Assembly: GCF_009914755.1 (NCBI RefSeq)
Contig: NC_060927.1
Strand: one strand, 5' to 3'
Origin: the human T2T-CHM13v2.0 reference genome, Homo sapiens
Length of the DNA stretch: 64,000 nt
Below the pieces are notes generated by a model, which saw only the letters and a program-made list of their open reading frames with translations, searched no databases and was not told the DNA's origin. The position numbers and the translations under genes were made by a program. Of the stretch, positions 13,481-27,520 are shown in pieces. The first letter of the stretch is position 1, and each line of letters starts with the position of its first letter.

Positions 13481-14889
13481 GCGTACATGTGCAAGGGGAG
13501 GTCTGAGAGGTGAATATCTTTCAATGGACAAGTGGTGGGATGGCTGCAAAAGTTCAACCACAGGCCCCTGAGCTGACCACACTGTTCCCAGGACCACGCC
13601 TTGACGGTCCAGCTTGGGGGCTGCAGGAAAGAGGCACAGGACTTGAGCACAGGCCTTTGAAAATGCTGCCCCAAGTAGAGGTACACTGACAGGTGTGAGG
13701 CCAGAGTCTTTCTTGTGGCACAGGACAGGTCCTCCTTTCCCATGAACTTGGGAACAGAAGGGGCAGGGACTGGGAGACAAATGCTGCCATTCCCCAGAAG
13801 GCATCACCAACCTCTCCCCCTCCCTTTATTGTGGTGCTCTGGCTTCCAGGGAGGAAGGGGTGGGAGGTTGGCACCTAGGGATGGCATGGAGGCTCTGGGG
13901 AAGCCTTTCCCTGGACCTTGCCTGGCTCAGATCTTTGTGGCCTTGATCAACAACCCCTGTGAGTTGTTCTTGGGACCCAAACACTACAAGGCATGGCTGG
14001 GAACTGCTGCCCTGATAACAAGTGTTTCACCCCACCCTTCCCTTGCTGCTGCCCCTGCCCCTATCCTCTCCCAGAGGGAGCCCAGGGCTGTCAGGGCCAG
14101 GCAGGAGAAGCTCCAGGCAGGTGCGGCTCTCCTAGGGGTGGAGAGAGTTCTGATTCCGCCTGCTGTTCCCATGGCTGGGGCTGGCTACTGCCCATGTGGC
14201 AGTCAGCGCCTGGGCCTGACTCAGGGACCAGCCATCTGGCAGGGCCAGTTCTGGGCTCACACACCTACCTCCACCTCCACCTGCTCATTCACTCTGCTCC
14301 CCAAGCCCTCGGGCTCAGCTTCTCCTTCTCTGACCTGAAGACTCCACCCACAGAGTCCCTTTTATCCTCTCCCACCTCTCCCACTTTCAGTGAATGGCAA
14401 TGGGGGATGGGCACCTGGCCAAGGAGGAAGGGCTTGGGAACTTTGGTCAGAATATCCTACAGGGCTACTGATCAAGCAGGGCCACCTGTGACACCAGCGC
14501 AAGGACAAGAGTAAACACCTGTATAATTAAAAAGCTCGGTTACGTCTTTTTACCTGTGGCTCCTTCTGACCCAAGAAGAGCTACAGACTAATGTCTGCTA
14601 GCAAGAGTTCCTTCATTCTGCACATCCCAGCTGTCCTCCCCATCATGGTCCTGTGGGAGCAGAAAGGAAGCTGGAGAGGGGAGGCTGCCAGGAGGAAGCG
14701 ATGTTCAAGCTGGAGGAGAAAAGAGATGAGAAAGGCATTGCGAGGAAAAGGATTGGGATGTGCAAAGGCCTGCAGTTCAAAGAGGCCACAGTGCACTTGG
14801 AGCCATCCCTGCGTGGTTTGTATGGCTGGGCATGCACAGAAGGCTGATGAAATCCGGAGCCCCTGGGAAGGAGGCCTATTTTTCTTTTT

Positions 14890-15312
<423 letters not shown>

Positions 15313-18300
15313 TTAAGTTAAAAAAGGTTATTGTGTTTTCAAGGCAAACCTAGCCGTGGTTTTTGTAGTCACTCTATGGTTGAGATTTTGGTATTTTTGC
15401 CATAATGCAATATGCTGTGAAGATTTCCATAGTACACTGTGTTGAGCAAGAAAGGCTTCAGAAGAGAGACTGGGCAGGGCTCTTTTCAAGGCTCCTGAAG
15501 CTTCAAAAGAAGGCCAACTTGATGCAAGAAGAGGCAAACCTGTGCAGGGAAATAACCAAATTATTGCCCAACACACCTGGAATGTGCCCCCAGGTAGGAG
15601 CCTTTGGACTTGCAAGAGGCATTTATCTCAGGACAGATCATGACACCAGGTTGGCTCAGAATCAAAAGCTGATGGGCCCACAGAGTAGAGTAGAATGTGT
15701 CCCTGTTGCAATCAAGTGCAAGTGGCATGGCTCTCCAGGGCACCGAGAGCCAACTGTCAGATGTGCCCCACTCCCACTCCTGCTGGGGGCTGGAGGTTTG
15801 GCTGGTGGGCGAGAGCAGGGTGCACATGAGAGTCATTTACAGTTTGGTCCTCAGCAAACTGGTCAGCCCTTTCATCCAGGCTCTGTGGTGATAACCCCAT
15901 CCTGCGCCTAGACCGCAGGCTCCCTTTGTGGGTACCTCCACCCTACAGAGGGGGCTGTTTTTAGTGGATATCCAGTACCAGCCACTTCATCTGCAGAAGA
16001 AAAACTGCAACTTCATTGACTTCCAGATCCAAGCCTCACCTGGGAGAGACAAGGATGAACCCAAGTCCTGGGTACTTCCCAGGGCTCCATTCCCATCAGG
16101 GAAACACAATGCCCAATGCCCAGACAGACAGATTTACTGTGAAGCTAATGAATCTTGTACCTCGGGGTGCTCACTTGAAGAAGCCCCTTCCAAAACTCTA
16201 GATCTAATTTTGTATTCACCACTTTGCATTCTTTTTCTTCAAGAGGGTCCTCCAAATTATACAGGCTTCAGGCCTCACAAAATTGGACCGACCCCTGCCA
16301 ATTCTCCTTGACTCTGGCAAACCTTAGCAAACATGGGTGCCTTGGGCTCAGGGCTCATGGGCCTCCTTTCCAAACCTCAGGACCTCCACCCTGGCAGCCT
16401 AGGGAATGAAATGTGGGAGATTCCAGCTCAGAGCAGATAGTGTCCTGGCTGCAGCCCAGCAGAGGTACTCTGGGGCTGCTGGGCCCAGGATGGGTGAAAG
16501 GGGACTCTCTGCAATAGAAAGTTCAAAGTGTCAGCCTAGGAAAGAGGAGCCGACAAGTGTGAAGGCAGCAGATCCAATAACACTTCTAATTGTGTCCACA
16601 TGGCCCACTGGTGGGGCATTTGCTGATGACCCGTGGTTGACCGCTGGCTTAAAGTAGATGCTGTGATACAAAACACCACTGAATGGTGCACTTCAAAAGG
16701 GTGAATTTTATGGTATGTGAATTCTATCTTGTTTGGAAAAAAAAAAAAGATGCTTAGGGTTCAATTGCTGTGGCACTTCACCCATGTGTTAGATCCAGGC
16801 ATGGCACGTCCAGGAATGCACTGCTGGTTGCGGGGGTTTCTGAACCACCTCCAGAGGGGTCGGTCGCTCCCAGCAAGGCCTGATCAGGGACAGCTTCATC
16901 CTGGCCAGCCCCTTACTTGTGCTAGTTGATGGCAGAGTGGTACTGCAAACAACTTTCCTGTCTAGCTGGAGTTCTTCGGGTGCAGTAAAGCGGCTTTGGC
17001 TATCTCTGGGTGACTGGGCCCCAATTTGCTGCCCTTGTCTTGGCATATTTTCACCAAGCTTGCTGAGCCTGGTGCATACTTATGCCAGGGGAAGAGTTAA
17101 CAATTAACCAGGAGGTGAGAGGAGGGAGAGAGGCTGGGGCAGCCACTCATAAGCTGCCCTCCAGCCCTTGCAGCCATGGGCTGCCCCCTGAGCCACATCC
17201 CCAGCCCTGTTGGTGGGGACACTGGGTGGAGGCAGGGCAGGCAGGTTAGGGCTGCCCCCTCAAAGAGGAACTTGGCCTCCAAAGGGCCCCGCTGAGCCAC
17301 CTGGGCTCTGGCCCAGGCTCCACCCCTTCACAGGTGTTAGACACAGAAGGCAAACACCTCCCTCCACAAGGCCTCACCATCCCTGCCACAGCCTGCAGCT
17401 CCACTAGTTCTGAAACTTCATTAGACTGCATTTCACAGGGCACCGAGCAGCTCACTCATCCCCTTTCCCGAGAGGAAATGTCACTCAGATGCACTGGTCA
17501 CCATGTGGCAGGAGAGCACCCATGCCCTGCAGGGACACTAGCCAGAAGATATTGGTGCCCCTCACACCTTTCTCTGGGACACATGGTCAGGCACGCATGT
17601 ACACATGTGCACACAAATGCACATGCACGTACATGTGCTGGGTACACTGGGACCGATTTCTTATTCCTCCTGGTCTGTGCCAAGGAAACATTAAAGTGAC
17701 TTTCCACAGACTGGATCTCACAGAAGGTGCAGATGCTTTGGAAGCCCCTGGCCAAAGGTACTGGGGTGAGATGGCACTGTTGTCAGGGCTTATTGTTCAC
17801 AGGTCTGAGTTGCCAAGCTGTCCTTTGGAACTCCCTGCCACAGGCACCGACATTTTGTTTTGGACAGCAAGTCAGCAAATGTAGCCATGGGCTGCTGTGG
17901 CCCAGGGAGGAGCAGCTGTGGGAGGGTGAGAAGGAGCCCTATTGTTCAGGCCGCCTCCATGCACTAGGCCTGCATGTCAGGTGAGTAACCTATTTGTGAA
18001 GCTGACTCTAGTTCAGGGCTCAATGGGAGAAAGGCTGGCATAGATAGTGCCCCAGTGGCAGGAGGCAGGCTGGAGGGTTGGGTGGAGGTGTGGCCATGGG
18101 GTGGGTTTGATGCCTCTGCATGGAGAGCTCCTCATCCAGTGGGACCCATCACCATCTGCAAAGTTGCTAGAAAAGTTTCTGGATGTTTCCAATTCTTCCA
18201 CCTGCTTGTCTTCATACTTGTGGGCTGGTAGGCCAGCTCGGGAAGACACCTTCTCTAGGATCTCAACTTAGTTACTCATCAACATGGCTCCCGAGTTCCC

Positions 18301-18499
18301 ACATTGGCCCCGAAGACACTTCACTCACGGCCATGGTGGGAAACTGTTCCTGTCACATGTCACGTAGGCTGTCTGGTAGCCTGCTGCTGCCTCATGGCCA
18401 GCTAACTGCTGGCCACATGCTGACTGGGAACCTCAGGGTCCTAACACACTTATAGAAGCACAAGACAGGTATTTTGTTTCTGATACAAGAACAAGCAAG

Positions 18500-20859
18500 A
18501 CTGAGAATGGCTTTCTTTAATTTTGAATTGGAGCAATATGCTTTCCTGAGCATCAGGAAAGAGTGGTGATGTCACAGCAAAGGAGGGAGGCGGTGGCTAA
18601 GAACATGCACATTCTTGAATGTCCTCTGCATGGTGCCTGGCCTTCTGGATGGTTTCGGACAAAACTTTATGTGCTAGGTGGGAGTGGGAAAAGGAGTGGG
18701 GGAAGGATAAAGCCATCTTTGGACACCCACTCCCACTGTGGATAACCACAGCGTGTGGCCGAACAAAGCTGATTAGAACACAGCCCTACCTCGGGAGGCT
18801 GCCATCTGCCAGGCCCTCCTTCCCCTCCCAGCCTTCAAGAAATGTTATCTATGAAAGGGGAAAAATGCCAGCCACATCCTCATTCCAACTCTATCCTTAA
18901 TGCAGCTTCACAAAATTCCTAAATTCTATCTTGGGTCCTTGAAGAGATTGGACTATGACTTGGGTGGCCCCCCAAAATCCTCACCCTTTCCCTTCCCTCA
19001 GTGCAAAGTCTCACCTGTGCAAAGACATCACTTTTAATTATTTTTTTTTAATTAAAATACTGTTATACCCAGTGGAATGCGGCAGCAATCCTGGTACAGG
19101 GTGGCATAACAAAACAGCCATGTTTACATTTTAAATATTTACGATAACTTAAACATACAGACACACATCATGGTCTTTGGCAGAAAATGTTCACAGCACA
19201 AAAAATACTTTAAAAGAAATACCAAATATTAATCCAAAATATATTAAGTTGTTTTTTTTCTTTCACAATATTTTTTGCCTTTTTTTCCTCTTTTTTCTTT
19301 TTGCTTTGTAAACAATGCACATGAACCAAATGTATTTTTCAGCTTTAAACAGGGGTAGGGGAATTTTTTAAAAAAAATTGCAATTGTCCAGCAAATGCAA
19401 ATGTTTAAAAAGGAAACTTGAGGAACCATGGAAATAAAACAACACATACCAAACCTAAAAACGATAAAGGAAGAAAACAAAGAATCAAGGAGAACTAAAA
19501 ACGGTAAAGACAAAACTGCTAAAACCCACCAATAGCTCCTGGGGCTGAAGTGAGGGACTCTTTAAGACCAGAAGTCAAAGTCACTGCTGCTAGCAGGCTG
19601 CCATGTGGGTGTTTCACCCCAATTCCAAAGCATCTGGTGCTGCTTTAGGGCGCTGGGCATGGGTAGCTTGAGGAGCCAGCCTCCTGGGCACTGTTTTGTG
19701 ATGGGGGCTCCATTCAGAGGACTATTTGACTCTTGTAGCTCATTAACTAGTTTTCAACTGCTTTGCTCCTCTCCCAAACCCTCCAGGTGGGAATGAAGAC
19801 ACTTATGCTAACAAGACATCTCCAGTTTCTCAGAAAGAACTGGTACCGGGTAGGGCCACCGAAGCCCACCTGGGGGCATGGCAGATGTCTGTTCACGGTG
19901 GCTCATTTCATCTGGCTCAGGGTTTATGACCAAACTGACAGGATGTTCCAGGGACAGGAGCTGTGGAGCCACTTCAAGAGGCTGGTGGTGGGGGTCCCGT
20001 GGGCATTTATAGGGCTCAAGATAGAGGAAAAGGCAGCCGAGATCCTGGGAATCGAGCAGCTTTAACATCCACGGGCCAGGAACTTGAGGAGGAGGCATAA
20101 CTGGGAGGCCAGTCAGAAGTTTCAGAAACTGACAGTAGGAAGAGGGGAGCACAGCCCATGGAGACACATCGGAACCTGCAGGCCTCAGTCTTCTGTTCCA
20201 CAAGAAAGGGAATTATATACAAACTGCGCACTGTCTCCCAGTCCACTTAAATGGCCCCTCACCCACAGCAAGTGAGAAGGTGAGGCTGTGTCTTCTCCAA
20301 GACTAACACCCTTAATAGTCCCCAAAAAATTCAAGTCTTAGTATCCCAAGAAGGCAGTGAGGAACTGAAGAGCAGATGACGTTGGCTGGAACCAAACTTA
20401 GCCAGAGAACAATATGGCTGACTTGATTAGTGAACCAGTCCACCTGGTGTCCACGGGCAGCCGTCCGTGGAAATTAGTTCCCCAAACCAACACAGCCACT
20501 CCCTCCCTGCCTGACTGACAACTGGCAGGGCAGAGGGAGCTCAGCTCCTTTCTGAGCTGTCAGTTGCTACCCCAGTAGCAGGCCTTGGGCAAGAAGTCAA
20601 GGCTGAATCCTCATTCTCCATAAGGCCCGGAGGAATGTGGGCTAAGAAGCAGAGTCTTCTGGGGGTGCCGGTGCTCTCACAGCTCTCCTCTCCCCTGGGG
20701 TCCTCCTCCTGAGCTCCTGGGACCAGATGGTCAATGGGAATGAGTGTCTGGCTGGGGAAAGGGACGGAGCAGCGGTTGACGGGGCTGCTGAAATGGCTGA
20801 GAGTGGCACAGGGCAGAGGAGGGGAGAGAATGGCTCAGAGTCCTGAAGCACCACCTCCT
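18500..20859 (-). other. AMOTL2: AMOTL2 3' UTR (about 2.4 kb)
   Basis: No interspersed repeat recognised downstream of the stop; ATTAAA hexamers at 19047-19052, 19033-19038 and 18516-18521. Confidence 0.75.
18516..18521 (-). terminator. Candidate distal polyadenylation signal ATTAAA of AMOTL2
   Basis: tttaat on +, followed on the minus strand by a U/GU-rich stretch (TCTTGCTTGTTCTTGT). Confidence 0.65.
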
Positions 20860-20918
20860 TCAGATCAGTATCTCCACCATGTCTGACAAGTCCTGGACTC
20901 TGGATGTAGCTACAGAGT
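20860..20918 (-). CDS. AMOTL2: AMOTL2 last exon, coding part (PDZ-binding C-terminus)
   Basis: ctccag|AC TCT: DSVATSRVQDLSDMVEILI-TGA (stop at 20862-20860). Confidence 0.96.
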
Positions 20919-21683
20919 CTGGAGACAGACAAGAACACAGGCACATGCCAATGAGTGTTACTAGATTGCTTTTAAAATCCTGGCACATTTGAAAGACAAA
21001 GATCGTTCTTCACCAACTTTTCCCACCTCTGCTGCCCAGGTTCCCAGAACTCGGCCAACCAAGCACAATGCTCTGCCCCCTTTCAGTGCTCAGCCCAGCC
21101 CACCAACCTCCGATGTGTAGGATGCATTTGTTTCTAACTTTGAACTGGTTGGAGGGCTTAGAGAGAGCAATGGAGAGCCCTGAGGGAGGCAGGCTGCAGC
21201 ATTCTTTTCATGCCTGTGGTTTTCTGAGATCATGAGGCACAGGCAAATATGCAAAGGCCAATGTGAAAGGGGAGTGGAAAAAGAAATGGCATCTTCTCAG
21301 ATTTCTCCTTCCCGGACTCTTTAAACAGGCTTCCAGAGTGCCATCGGCATGACTTGCGAGCTCCATTCTCTTGGATAATCAAATTGGAAATTAACTATGT
21401 AGGGAAGACCATGAAAGAGGAGCTAAAGTGCCTCCCATCTGGTTGCTTTCTTTCTGAATTCTGGATCTGCCTCTAATCAGGGTTTCCAATTTCCCTATTC
21501 ATGCAACCAGCCATCCCTCATGTTCACATTGAGGTGGGCCAGGCACCCTGCTCACCTCTGGCTATGCACGGCTCCCCATGGAGTGCGGGCAATGACCCGG
21601 AGGGGGTCTGGGAAGAAAAGGCCTTGTGTTCCAGTTCACACCCCAGTGCCCCCTCGGCCCTACCTAGCACAGAAGTGGGGTCA

Positions 21684-21941
<258 letters not shown>

Positions 21942-22414
21942 TTAACTGTCCCTGCTGGGGATTCAAGGTGGAGTGGGCTGCTCTTGATTTGCAAGAACTT
22001 TAAGACTAAAAATGCTCCTATTTTCAAATGGGAATAACTACCAGATTGGATTGGCTTCCAAATGTTTTGGGTGGTGGGACCCTTCCTTATAGATTAAATC
22101 TTCTAGAGTTTCTGTGGCATCTGCTTAGAAGGAAGAGTGGAGGGAGCTTGCATACAAGGTGTATCTGCACAGGAAGCTCTATTTTTCTTAGTTCAGTGGC
22201 TGGGGCTGAAGCATGATAGAATTTATGGTGATGGGGACTAAGTACCCCTCTTCACACTGGCAGGAGAGCCTTGCGCTGTAGAGTCACTAGAGGCAGAGAA
22301 TAAGCCAGCTCCCCTGGAAGAGGGTCAGGAAGCCCTGGCTCCTATAGCCTCAGTTCTGGGAGGAAAGGTCTGGCAATCTGTGTTCAGGCCCAGGAGAAAT
22401 TACCTCTCAATCTA

Positions 22415-22687
<273 letters not shown>

Positions 22688-23190
22688 TCAGACCCACAGA
22701 TCCAACAGCCTCCACCCTTCCTGCCTCATAGGAGTTAGAGGAAAAGCCCCCCCCAACTCCCCCAACCCTGCCAGGCTGGATCCTTCTGTGCTTGTAGCAG
22801 GGACCCAGAGAGGGCTTAGAAATGGCACCACAGCTCTGGAATTTGATGCTCTTAGAGCCCAGGCTCTGAAAACCACCAGTGCATAAGGCCCTGGGCCCTT
22901 CTCACACCAGCAAAGGCAGGCCATTAAGGATGGGTTCCAGATTCATCAGATGATAGTGGCGGCACAGCCCTCATCCTGGAGGGCGGCACTCCGGAGAGGG
23001 GAGGCAGGGCCCAAGCACTGGATGGCACCCAACACCTCCACAGTAAGAGTCTCCTGGGCAGACCAAGGACTCGGTATTTCTGGGCAAATGCATGTTTACA
23101 GTGCCTGGTGTGCCAATCATGCAGGTTCAGCTCAGAAGCAGGAGGGACTGCTGAGCTCTATGGGGAAAGGGGCCTGTTTATCAGGGATCA

Positions 23191-23595
<405 letters not shown>

Positions 23596-24046
23596 TCAAG
23601 GGTGCAGGTTGGGGTGTGGCAGCCACTGGTCTTCGCCTCCACACGACTGTCACTTGTACATGTACGTGTTCAGCCATACACAGCATACATTTCCCCATCC
23701 TTCCTCTACCGAAATGGGGATACAGCACAGGTCCCCATACCCCTGCCCTGAATCCTAGGGCAAGGGCATAGAGACCAGACAGATAATCCTCCAAACTGGC
23801 AAAGGGGGTGCTATCAATAATTATACTGGGAAAACTGGTGTACATTAGAACAGAACTGGGCAAACCAGGGGGTTCAGTCACACTACCTCTGTGGCAAGGG
23901 TAGGTTTGGGAGTGGAGAAATAACTCTATTTGGTTTGTAAACACCAAGAGTTGTTTACACAGAAGTCCGAAGTGAGGCTAAGCACAGTGGATCTGGACAA
24001 CCATCTTTCCTCCCAATCTTGGGGAGGCATATAAAAGCTGGCTGGT

Positions 24047-24337
24047 GGCCAGACGCAGTGGCTCATGCCTGTAATCCCAGCACTTTGGGAGGCCAAGGTC
24101 GGCGGACCACGTGAGGTCAGGGGTTCAAGACCAGCCTGGCCAATATGGTGAAACCTCATCTCTACTAAAAATACAAAAATTAGCTGGGCGTGGTGGCGCA
24201 CGCCTGTAGTCTCAGCTACTCGGGAGGCTGAGGCAAGAGAATGGCTTGAACCTGGGAGGTGGAAGTTGCAGTGAGCGTTCGCGCCACTGCACTCCAGCCT
24301 GGGCGACAGAATGAGATTCCATCTCAAAAAAAAAAAA
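24047..24337 (+). mobile_element. Alu (S-type) in AMOTL2 intron 6, antisense to the gene
   Basis: Alu consensus with A tail; degenerate TSD aaaagct. Confidence 0.97.
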
Positions 24338-24660
24338 GCTCGCAGGCCTTCTATATCCAGGTTCCTGACTTACTTTCTCTAGAGGTCAAGGACAACTAGC
24401 CCTGCTGCTGCCGAGGACAGGAGTCCCCCGAGGCTGGACATGGGCCAGGTGGCAGGGCCTCTACTAAGACAACGAGTGGAAGGGAGCACGCAGCAAAGGT
24501 GGAGCAGAGAGCAATCATCCTCGCCGCCTTCCAACGGGCCTGCAGCCTAGATCTAAGCAGGGGCTCCCGGGGCCTCAGCCCTGGCCTCCAAACCTACAGT
24601 CCCCGAGGAGGAAGGGAAGCCAACATCCTCAGATGCTGCCCTAGCCTGGAGACTTTCTCA

Positions 24661-24984
<324 letters not shown>

Positions 24985-26064
24985 TCAGTGACAGTGACCA
25001 CGTTGGCTGGCCCCATTGCCTCCTGGGCTCAGTGCTGACCACTGGATGAGCACAGTTGCTTCTCATTCTCTCAAAAATAACAGGAATAAGGTACCACTAT
25101 TAACCCTGTTTCATGGAAGAAGAAACCAAGGCTCATGTTAAGTCAGGAGTAAATGACAGAGCCCAATTCCAGGACCCTTGCAGTAACAACTGGGCTACCC
25201 TGCCTTTCTACTGGGACATACTGCCATGGGACAGCCCCAAACACCATCCACTTGTGCCAGGGGCACCATGTCTAAAACACATCCACAATATCCCTTGAAC
25301 CTTGTGACGGCTCGAGACTGTTGAGGTAGGAACTGTGATGCCCATGTACAGATGAGAAAATAGAGACTCAGGTAGGCTGTGACATGGTCCTCCTTCCAGT
25401 GGGAGAATGAAAGAAGGGGGAACAGAACCACCATCGGCTGTCGGCACACCAGGCCCTTACACATCTTATTCCACGAATCCTCCAGCCCCTCCAGGGAGGA
25501 TTTGGGATCCCCAACTTATAGGGGAGAAACATAGGAGGTGAATGGTGCTGCCAAATGGAAACCCCAGTTGGCCACACTACAAAGGCCCAGGCTGCCTCTG
25601 GCTACATGGTGAGGCGTTTGTACTTATAGGCCACCCAGAGCTCTGGGGCTCCTTCTGCAGACCCAGGCCGAGAGGTCCGTTGAGGGCTACATTTCCTTCC
25701 ATGGTCTGAAAAGAACACTGAGATGTAAGCAACCAGGCTCAGAAGGAAATGCAAAGTCTGCAGTACAGTGAAAATGACTATGGCCCAAAGATTAGTGTGT
25801 AAGGGTCAAGCTATCCTGACTTTTAAATCATTTTGTTAATTGCCCAAAGAAACTGCTCAGAGGCCCTCTCCATAGGGCCAGGAGAAGCCCAAGCCAGACC
25901 ACAGAGCCCTCCATCTGATGTTCTAGCCTTAAATCCACCTCCCAGGCACCTGCCCCTTGAGAGTCCCAGGCTGCCCCCTGAGGAGCAGGTCAGCTGCCTA
26001 CCTTGCTGGAGAGCAGGTGGGGGGCAGGGCTATGGGCTCCCGCTAATGAACCTAAAGGCACTGT

Positions 26065-26282
26065 CTCTAGAACAGCATTCTGATTCAGTGGAATTTTCTG
26101 CCAGAGTGGAATTGTTCTATACGGCACCCTCCAATGCAGTGGCTACTAGACACACGTGCCACTGAGGACTGGAAATGTGGCTAGTAAGATGGGAGAACTG
26201 AATTTTAAATTTAATTTATTTTCATTAATTTCAATCTTTGGGCCACATGCAGCTAAGTACCTATCATATAGGACAGTGCAAG
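26065..26282. mobile_element. MER3-like hAT-Charlie DNA transposon fossil
   Basis: gaaatgtggctagtaagatgggagaactgaattttaaatttaatttatttt...gccacatgcagcta...catataggacagtgca. Confidence 0.75.
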
Positions 26283-27109
26283 TTCTGGAACAGAAGGGTG
26301 AAGGCTTGAGACCTTGGCATGTGGAAGGGAGGATTCATTTACTCAGGTCCCTGGGGCAGGGCAGGGAGGACACAGAGGCAACTCAGGTTAGCTCTTGATT
26401 CATTTTGGATGTTTGAAGGCTGAGCCCAGGATGGTATCATTCTGTGGCATGGAGGAAAATACGAGGAAGTCCAATAATATTGAAACGGATGTGTTCATAC
26501 TTCGCTGGCTTAACATCCATTGAGTGGGGTGTTAACATCCATTGAGGAGGGGCAGCCAGGTTGGGACTCAGGCAGGGAGGACCCTCCCCTAGTCCACCTG
26601 TGCGTTCAGTTTGCCCAGGGCCTGCATCTCATTTCAGCCTTAGCATGACTCTGTGGGGAAGGACTCTGTCTCATCTTATAGCTGGAGAATCTGGGGCGCA
26701 GGGAGAGAAGAAATATTCCCAAGGGGGTGGAGCTAACAGGCCAGCCTCAGGCCTCAAGGCCAGATCCCCAGGGGGCACTGCTGGCCTAGAAGGGCCAGAA
26801 GGGCAGTGCTGGGGGGCTGCGTGGCTTGCCTAGGAGGAAAAGCAGATGGCATTGGTGATAATGGCCACACTTTCCTAGTGTTGACTGACCCCAGATAAAA
26901 GGGAGGTCAATCAGACACCTCCCTTTGCAATAGCTACTAGGGAGCAAGGAAGAGCTGCTTGGGTTTCCTCAGCCCTGGGGGAGGAAGGGGCCGGAGGACC
27001 CAGCCCTCTGCTTCCAGAAGCTTCCTGCAGCCTTGTCCAACCTCTAAGGCCCTGGTGGGGGCTGGGAGGCTTTGAGCTCTGGCCATCCCCTACCAACAGG
27101 ACCCTGATA

Positions 27110-27520
27110 AAACCTTGGGCCTGCGGGATCTCGGGAAGGAGAGCTCCTTAGTAAGAAATAAGTGGTCTGGGTGCGGGTGGGAAGAGGACGCCCGAAGGCC
27201 AGCGGAGGAGGGCAGGAAGGCAGGCGAGGCGCCGACGGGACCCGGGATGCGCCTTGGGCAGCGAGCGAGCCCCCACCTCCACGTTCCAGGCTCCCTTTGT
27301 GCTCACCCTCCCTCCTCCCAAAGCCGGGCGAAGGGCGCCAGGCAGCGCGCACGGGAGGGAGCGGCGGGGGGCGGGCCGGGAGCGGAACAGCTCGCGGCTC
27401 TGGAATGCCAGGCATCCAGGTCACCCGCGGCTGCAAGATTAATGGCTCCAGCGAGGAGCCAAGAACAGCTCGGCGCTCACTCGCTCCCCGGGGAGCGGAA
27501 ACGCCTCCCGGCCGGCCCCC
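27110..27520. promoter_or_regulatory. Intronic CpG island in AMOTL2 intron 5
   Basis: About 400 bp of high CpG density away from exons, with a GGGGCGGG GC box and TEAD GGAATG (27402-27407). Confidence 0.75.

Noticed and set aside
13715-14514. 207-aa and 173-aa + strand ORFs
   Set aside because: No domain similarity or exon structure; expected by chance in GC-rich intergenic DNA.
20850-20862. Stop-codon readthrough that would mask the PDZ ligand
   Set aside because: The context is TGA-AGG, not the TGA-CTAG readthrough motif.
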